Positions 59,846 through 64,000 of a stretch of 64,000 bases of DNA are shown here, in pieces (the first letter of the stretch is position 1; each line of letters starts with the position of its first letter). Source of the DNA: an uncultured Planctomycetota bacterium. Lineage in GTDB: Bacteria; Planctomycetota; Planctomycetia; Isosphaerales; Isosphaeraceae. The stretch covers positions 1,472,001 through 1,536,000 of the forward strand of contig CAWGMQ010000010.1 in the NCBI GenBank assembly GCA_963823665.1, given 5' to 3'. The notes under the pieces were generated by a model that worked only from the letters and a program-made list of their open reading frames with translations, did no database searches and was not told the DNA's origin. The position numbers were made by a program, and so were the translations under genes.

Positions 59846-62275
59846 ATGAGCAGGATGGCTGGCTGGCGAATTGGTTTGGGGCCGGTATTCGCTTACGAGC
59901 GGATTGCTGCGTCGCGGCGCTGGCAGGGATACGCGCTGCGATCGATGTTCGCTTCGGCGCTACTCGTCGCGCTGCTCTGCGCGTGGACCAGCGCCGTGCA
60001 GGCACCGACCGTTTCCACCATCCGGTACCTTGCCGTGCTGGGGAAGGGCTTCTTCCTGGCTGTGGTCGGCACGGAGCTCGCGATCGTGATTCTGGCGGCA
60101 CCTGCGGCGACAGCAGGCGCGATTTGCCTCGACCGGGCTCGTGGTACGCTTTCACACATGCTGATGACGGATCTCTCCGCTGCTGAGATCGTTCTGGGCA
60201 AGCTGGGCTCGCGGCTGCTGCCGGTGCTCTCCATGTTGGTCTGCGCCCTGCCGATTCTCGAGCTGCTCACGCTTCTGGGCGGCGTGGACCCGGCCGCCCT
60301 CCTGACCGGCTTCGTCGTTACGGCGAGCGTGGCGCTGCTCGGTTGCTCGCTGGCGATCTGCCTCTCGCTCTGGATGAGGAAGACGCATGAGGCCCTGCTC
60401 ATGACTTACGCGTCGCTGGGGGCGTGGCTTCTGACCTGGCCGAGCATCGAGCTGCTGGCGAATCAGACCGGTTGGCTGTGGATCATGCCGTCCAGAAACA
60501 TCGATCCGTTCTACATGGCACTGGCCCCGTACTGGCGGCCGGGTGCGGTGGCGCCGGGCGACTATCTCTATTTCACCGGAGTGATCGGCTCGATTTCCAT
60601 GCTCCTCGTCACGGTGACTATCCTCAGGCTTCGGGCGGTGTGCACCCGCGAGGTCGTCAAGAAGCTGAAGCTCGCGCCTTCGGGCGTTCAGCGAGGCAAC
60701 ATCTGGCGAATCTTGCATCAGCATGTACCCTGTCTGACTCCGTCGCTCGATGGGAACCCGGTTATCTGGCGCGAGTGGCACCGTGAGCGCCCGACGCACT
60801 TCAAGCGGCTGATGACGTGGTCATACATCCTGTGTTCCACGGGCGCAAGCGTGCTCGCCATCATTTTTGCGGAAGAACGGGGACTCGCCGCGATCGTGAA
60901 CGGATTCCAGGTTTCGATCGGCTTGCTCCTGCTGGCCGTATGGGGTGCGTCGTCGCTCGCCGAAGAACGCGCGCGCGGCAGCCTCGATCCACTCTTGTGC
61001 ACGCCGTTATCGACATGGGAGATCGTGTCGGGAAAATGGCTGGGTGCCTTTCGCGCGGCGCCGTTGCTGGCCGTCCTGCCGACTTTCGTCATCGGGTCGA
61101 TCGCCTTCATCATGGAGCAGAATTATATTCTTGTATCATGCCTGATGTTGACTTATGTATTGTGTGCCGGTGGGGCTGTCATCAGCCTGGGAATCTTGAT
61201 GGCAACGTGGTTCTCGAGGCTAGGTCGCGCGGTGTCGGTGACGGTCGCGGTTTACGCCTGCGTCGCTGTCGGCTCGTTCGTCATCGCCATCACGTTGTCG
61301 AGTCCCGGACCCGGCGTGCAGCAAATCGCGATGGCTAGCCCGTTTTTCTGGGCGGGCGAGGTCACGTTCGAGGTCGCCGCGCACCAGGCGACGCCCTGGC
61401 TCGATCTGCCGGTTCTCTGGATGGGCATGGCCTTTGTCTGGGCCGTCCTGCTCCTTGATCAGGCACGCTGCGATTTCGATCGACGGCTGGGCCGCGTGGA
61501 AGACTCATCAACAAGCCTGGGTTGGCCATCCGCCCGGGCAAGACTGGCTGCCTTGGGCTATGTCCTGGCTTCAGCGTTACTCCTTGTTTTTCTGTTGCGC
61601 AGGGACTGGGTGTTTGGCGCGGCGGTTCACTTCGCGCTGGGGTCGACCGTCATCGCGGGGATGGCCGCATCAACATCTTCTGCCGATCTGATCCGGAGCC
61701 TCGAGAGGACGCTGTCGGAGTCTCGGCTTGTGCCCGCCCGGGTGATCTTCGTCAAGTGGGTGGGCACGTTTCGCTACGCATTGGTGTTCGCCGTCCTTCC
61801 CATTTTGATCATCGTCGTTCAGACAGCGCCGGGCTTCGAGCTCTGGAGGCGATTTCCGATGACAATCGGTTACATCCTCGCGGTGTATGCGGCGGCCACG
61901 AGTGTTGGCGTGGCGATGTTTGCGCGGTACCCGGGGCGCTTGAAGGCTGTTCTCTTCGCGATGCTCATTTCCGCCCTGGCGATGCTTCCCTGGTTCGCAC
62001 TGGCAGAACCGCTTGGACGAACGGCCCTGGGAACTGCCGTTTTCGAGAGCGGCCCGATTCAGGCAATTCACTCGGTGGATCGCGCAGTCGCGGGCTCGAC
62101 TTCCTTGCAGGCGAGTGCAATCGCCTGGGCGACCCTTGGGATCGCGATGTACGCCGCTTCTGCTGTCCTCCTCCTGTTAGCCGCGCGGGCAACATTCAGA
62201 CGAAGTGAAAGCACCCGAGAGTTTGGCGTCAGGATGTCCCGAGCTTCCCTTCCTCGACCGACGACCAACATCTAG
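59846..62275 (+). CDS. ABC-2 type transporter permease, planctomycete expanded family
   Basis: GLGPVFAYE, APAATAGAICLDRARGTL...LSAAEIVLGKL, NPVIWRE, LAEERARGSLD.L..TPLS..EIV.GKW; many TM helices. Confidence 0.8.
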   Translation: MSRMAGWRIGLGPVFAYERIAASRRWQGYALRSMFASALLVALLCAWTSAVQAPTVSTIRYLAVLGKGFFLAVVGTELAIVILAAPAATAGAICLDRARGTLSHMLMTDLSAAEIVLGKLGSRLLPVLSMLVCALPILELLTLLGGVDPAALLTGFVVTASVALLGCSLAICLSLWMRKTHEALLMTYASLGAWLLTWPSIELLANQTGWLWIMPSRNIDPFYMALAPYWRPGAVAPGDYLYFTGVIGSISMLLVTVTILRLRAVCTREVVKKLKLAPSGVQRGNIWRILHQHVPCLTPSLDGNPVIWREWHRERPTHFKRLMTWSYILCSTGASVLAIIFAEERGLAAIVNGFQVSIGLLLLAVWGASSLAEERARGSLDPLLCTPLSTWEIVSGKWLGAFRAAPLLAVLPTFVIGSIAFIMEQNYILVSCLMLTYVLCAGGAVISLGILMATWFSRLGRAVSVTVAVYACVAVGSFVIAITLSSPGPGVQQIAMASPFFWAGEVTFEVAAHQATPWLDLPVLWMGMAFVWAVLLLDQARCDFDRRLGRVEDSSTSLGWPSARARLAALGYVLASALLLVFLLRRDWVFGAAVHFALGSTVIAGMAASTSSADLIRSLERTLSESRLVPARVIFVKWVGTFRYALVFAVLPILIIVVQTAPGFELWRRFPMTIGYILAVYAAATSVGVAMFARYPGRLKAVLFAMLISALAMLPWFALAEPLGRTALGTAVFESGPIQAIHSVDRAVAGSTSLQASAIAWATLGIAMYAASAVLLLLAARATFRRSESTREFGVRMSRASLPRPTTNI

Positions 62276-62284
62276 CGATCCTGC

Positions 62285-62580
62285 ATGTTCAAAAGCCGAA
62301 TTGGGCTTGGCCCGGTTTTCGCCTACGCGTGGATCACGTCGTCGCGGCGCGGCGGGGTGGCCGGCACGCAACTGGCTCTCGTGATGCTGGCGGCTCCCGC
62401 AGGCACGGCCGGTGCGATTTGCGTCGACCGAGCCACAGGCACGTTGACCCACATGCTCATGACAGACCTCTCGAGCGTGGAGATTGTGTTGGGCAAGCTG
62501 GTTGCGCGGATGGTTTCAATACTGTGCCTTCTCGCTGGCACCCTGCCGATGATGGAGTTGTTGACCAGCCGCGCACGAGC
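62285..62580 (+). pseudogene. Truncated, internally deleted paralog of the ABC permease
   Basis: RIGLGPVFAY..ITSSRR jumps to GTQLALVMLAAPAGTAGAICVDRATGTLTHMLMTDLS..EIVLGKL and ends after ELLT. Confidence 0.8.
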
Positions 62581-62756
62581 CGCGAGTGCGTTCGATGGCG
62601 GCTGTGCTGGCGCCCCCCACAAAGCATGGCCGCGGTAGTCTTGACTGGCCGGCTGGTCGTCGCGGACAATTGGAGCGCAATTCCGGAAGGAGCCGTGCTG
62701 CCTTCCACCCACGCGACGGTACACAATTCTGCCGTCCCTCTGAGAGAATAACAGCC

Positions 62757-63776
62757 ATGAGAGCGACCATTCTGTCCTTGACAACAATCGCCATCGGCGG
62801 CGGACTCGTAATTGCCGCCGCGAGAGCGCAACAGGGTAATGGCCCGCCCGCGCAAGCTCAGGCTGGCGGTCAGGCGAAGCCCGCGGCGGCCCCGGCGCGT
62901 CAACTGGGTGCGACGCCGGAAGAGAAGGCGATTCTGGACGGAATTGCGGCATTCGCCAAGGCGTACGAAGCTGCAAATGCGCAGGCGATCGCAGACATGT
63001 TTCTGGACGAGAGCATGATCGTTGGGCCCGAGGGAAACGCGGTCCGAGGGAAAGCGGCGCTTGCGGCGATGTATGGCGCCGGGTTCAGTGAGAATCCGGG
63101 CTTGAAGCTCGAAGCTACCGTCGAGGACATCCGGTTCGTGACGCCGGACCTCGCTCGGGTCGAAGGGAAGACCAGGCTTTCGACGACCAACGGCGATGCG
63201 TCGGAATTCAGCGGGTTTACCGCGCTACTGGTTCGCCGGGACGGCAACTGGCGGATTGCCGAAATGCATGAGTATGCCGCACCCGCGGCCGATGTGACGC
63301 CGTACGAGCGACTGAAGGAACTGGAGTGGATGGTTGGCGAATGGGTCGAGGAAGGCGACAAGGCGAAGTCGCAGTCGATTTTGCGTTGGGCCGACAACAA
63401 GAGCTTCCTGGTGAGGACATATTCGATCGAGCCCGAGGGAGAGAAGCCCTCGAGCGGGACGATGTTCATCGGCTGGGACCCTCAGTCAGGTCAGATCAAG
63501 TCCTGGTTATTCAACTCCGAAGGCGGTCACGGTGAGGGGCTCTGGAATCGTACGGGCGAGAACGAGTGGGTCATCAAGGCAACCGGCGTTCTCCGCGACG
63601 GGCGGCCGACTTCCGCGACCCAAATTCAGACGGCGGTCAACAAAGACACGATCAAGGTGAGCTCGATTGACCGGATCATCGGCGGCGTGGTGGCTCCCGA
63701 CATCACCGACGTGATCATGGTGCGCAAGCCGCCCCAGCCGGCCGCGGCCGCTCCGAAACCCGGTGCGGCCCAGTAA
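62757..63776 (+). CDS. Secreted NTF2-like (SgcJ/EcaC/DUF4440, YybH-like) protein
   Basis: Signal peptide, FAKAYEAANAQAIADMF, IRFVTPDLA, VRRDGNWRI, LKELEWMVGEW, IGWDP. Confidence 0.8.
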   Translation: MRATILSLTTIAIGGGLVIAAARAQQGNGPPAQAQAGGQAKPAAAPARQLGATPEEKAILDGIAAFAKAYEAANAQAIADMFLDESMIVGPEGNAVRGKAALAAMYGAGFSENPGLKLEATVEDIRFVTPDLARVEGKTRLSTTNGDASEFSGFTALLVRRDGNWRIAEMHEYAAPAADVTPYERLKELEWMVGEWVEEGDKAKSQSILRWADNKSFLVRTYSIEPEGEKPSSGTMFIGWDPQSGQIKSWLFNSEGGHGEGLWNRTGENEWVIKATGVLRDGRPTSATQIQTAVNKDTIKVSSIDRIIGGVVAPDITDVIMVRKPPQPAAAAPKPGAAQ

Positions 63777-63827
63777 CGACTTCGCTCAAGAATTCATCTG
63801 CATTGACTCGAGAAGAGGACGTTCGCC

Positions 63828-64000
63828 ATGCGTCGCCGTTCGGCCATCGTTTTATTTGCCGCGCTCATCATTCTGGTCACGACTGCATCGGCGCATGCGC
63901 AGCGTGGACGAGGCGGCGGTGGCCGGCCCGGGGGAGGCGGCGGCCGCCCGGCGATGGGCGGCGGTGGGCGTCCTGGGATGGCGGGTGGTGGCGGTGGCCG
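63828..64000 (+). CDS. Secreted Gly/Arg-rich protein, 3' partial
   Basis: MRRRSAIVLFAALIILVTTASAHAQRGRGGGGRPGGG...; GAGG RBS; runs off the window. Confidence 0.7.
   Translation, partial: MRRRSAIVLFAALIILVTTASAHAQRGRGGGGRPGGGGGRPAMGGGGRPGMAGGGGG

Overview
High-GC window from a planctomycete, most likely Isosphaeraceae-like. This is inferred from DUF1559, DUF4058 fragments, 'LESLEPR/LEDR' extracellular leaders, several Ser/Thr kinases and the repeat families. Layout: (1) 1-18.2 kb, a dispersed envelope-transport cluster with a left-handed beta-helix protein, OprO/P-type porin, STAS protein, RND adaptor, dockerin protein, two tandem TolC genes, a small ORF ending in LRC and an RND permease with a His-rich loop. 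It is interrupted by a head-to-head fusion of two 5'-truncated genes (TPR-sulfotransferase and a kinase). (2) 18.3-32 kb, an SNF2 helicase with a YqhG-like partner, S9 peptidase, DUF4303/HEAT protein, arylsulfatase and a large YDG-repeat surface protein. (3) 32-50 kb, an accessory mosaic of intact genes mixed with many gene fragments and short local duplications. It includes a kinase-WD40 protein and a kinase-STAND-FGE/CLec protein that carries an in-frame DNA palindrome. (4) 52-64 kb, hpnR, miaB, a SMI1/KNR4 protein, glnE, an ABC permease with a truncated copy and an NTF2-like protein. At least eight otherwise intact genes carry short indels, which suggests long-read sequencing error. No rRNA, tRNA, CRISPR array, intact transposase or reverse transcriptase was seen. 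All family calls come from recognising motifs by eye; no database searches were run.
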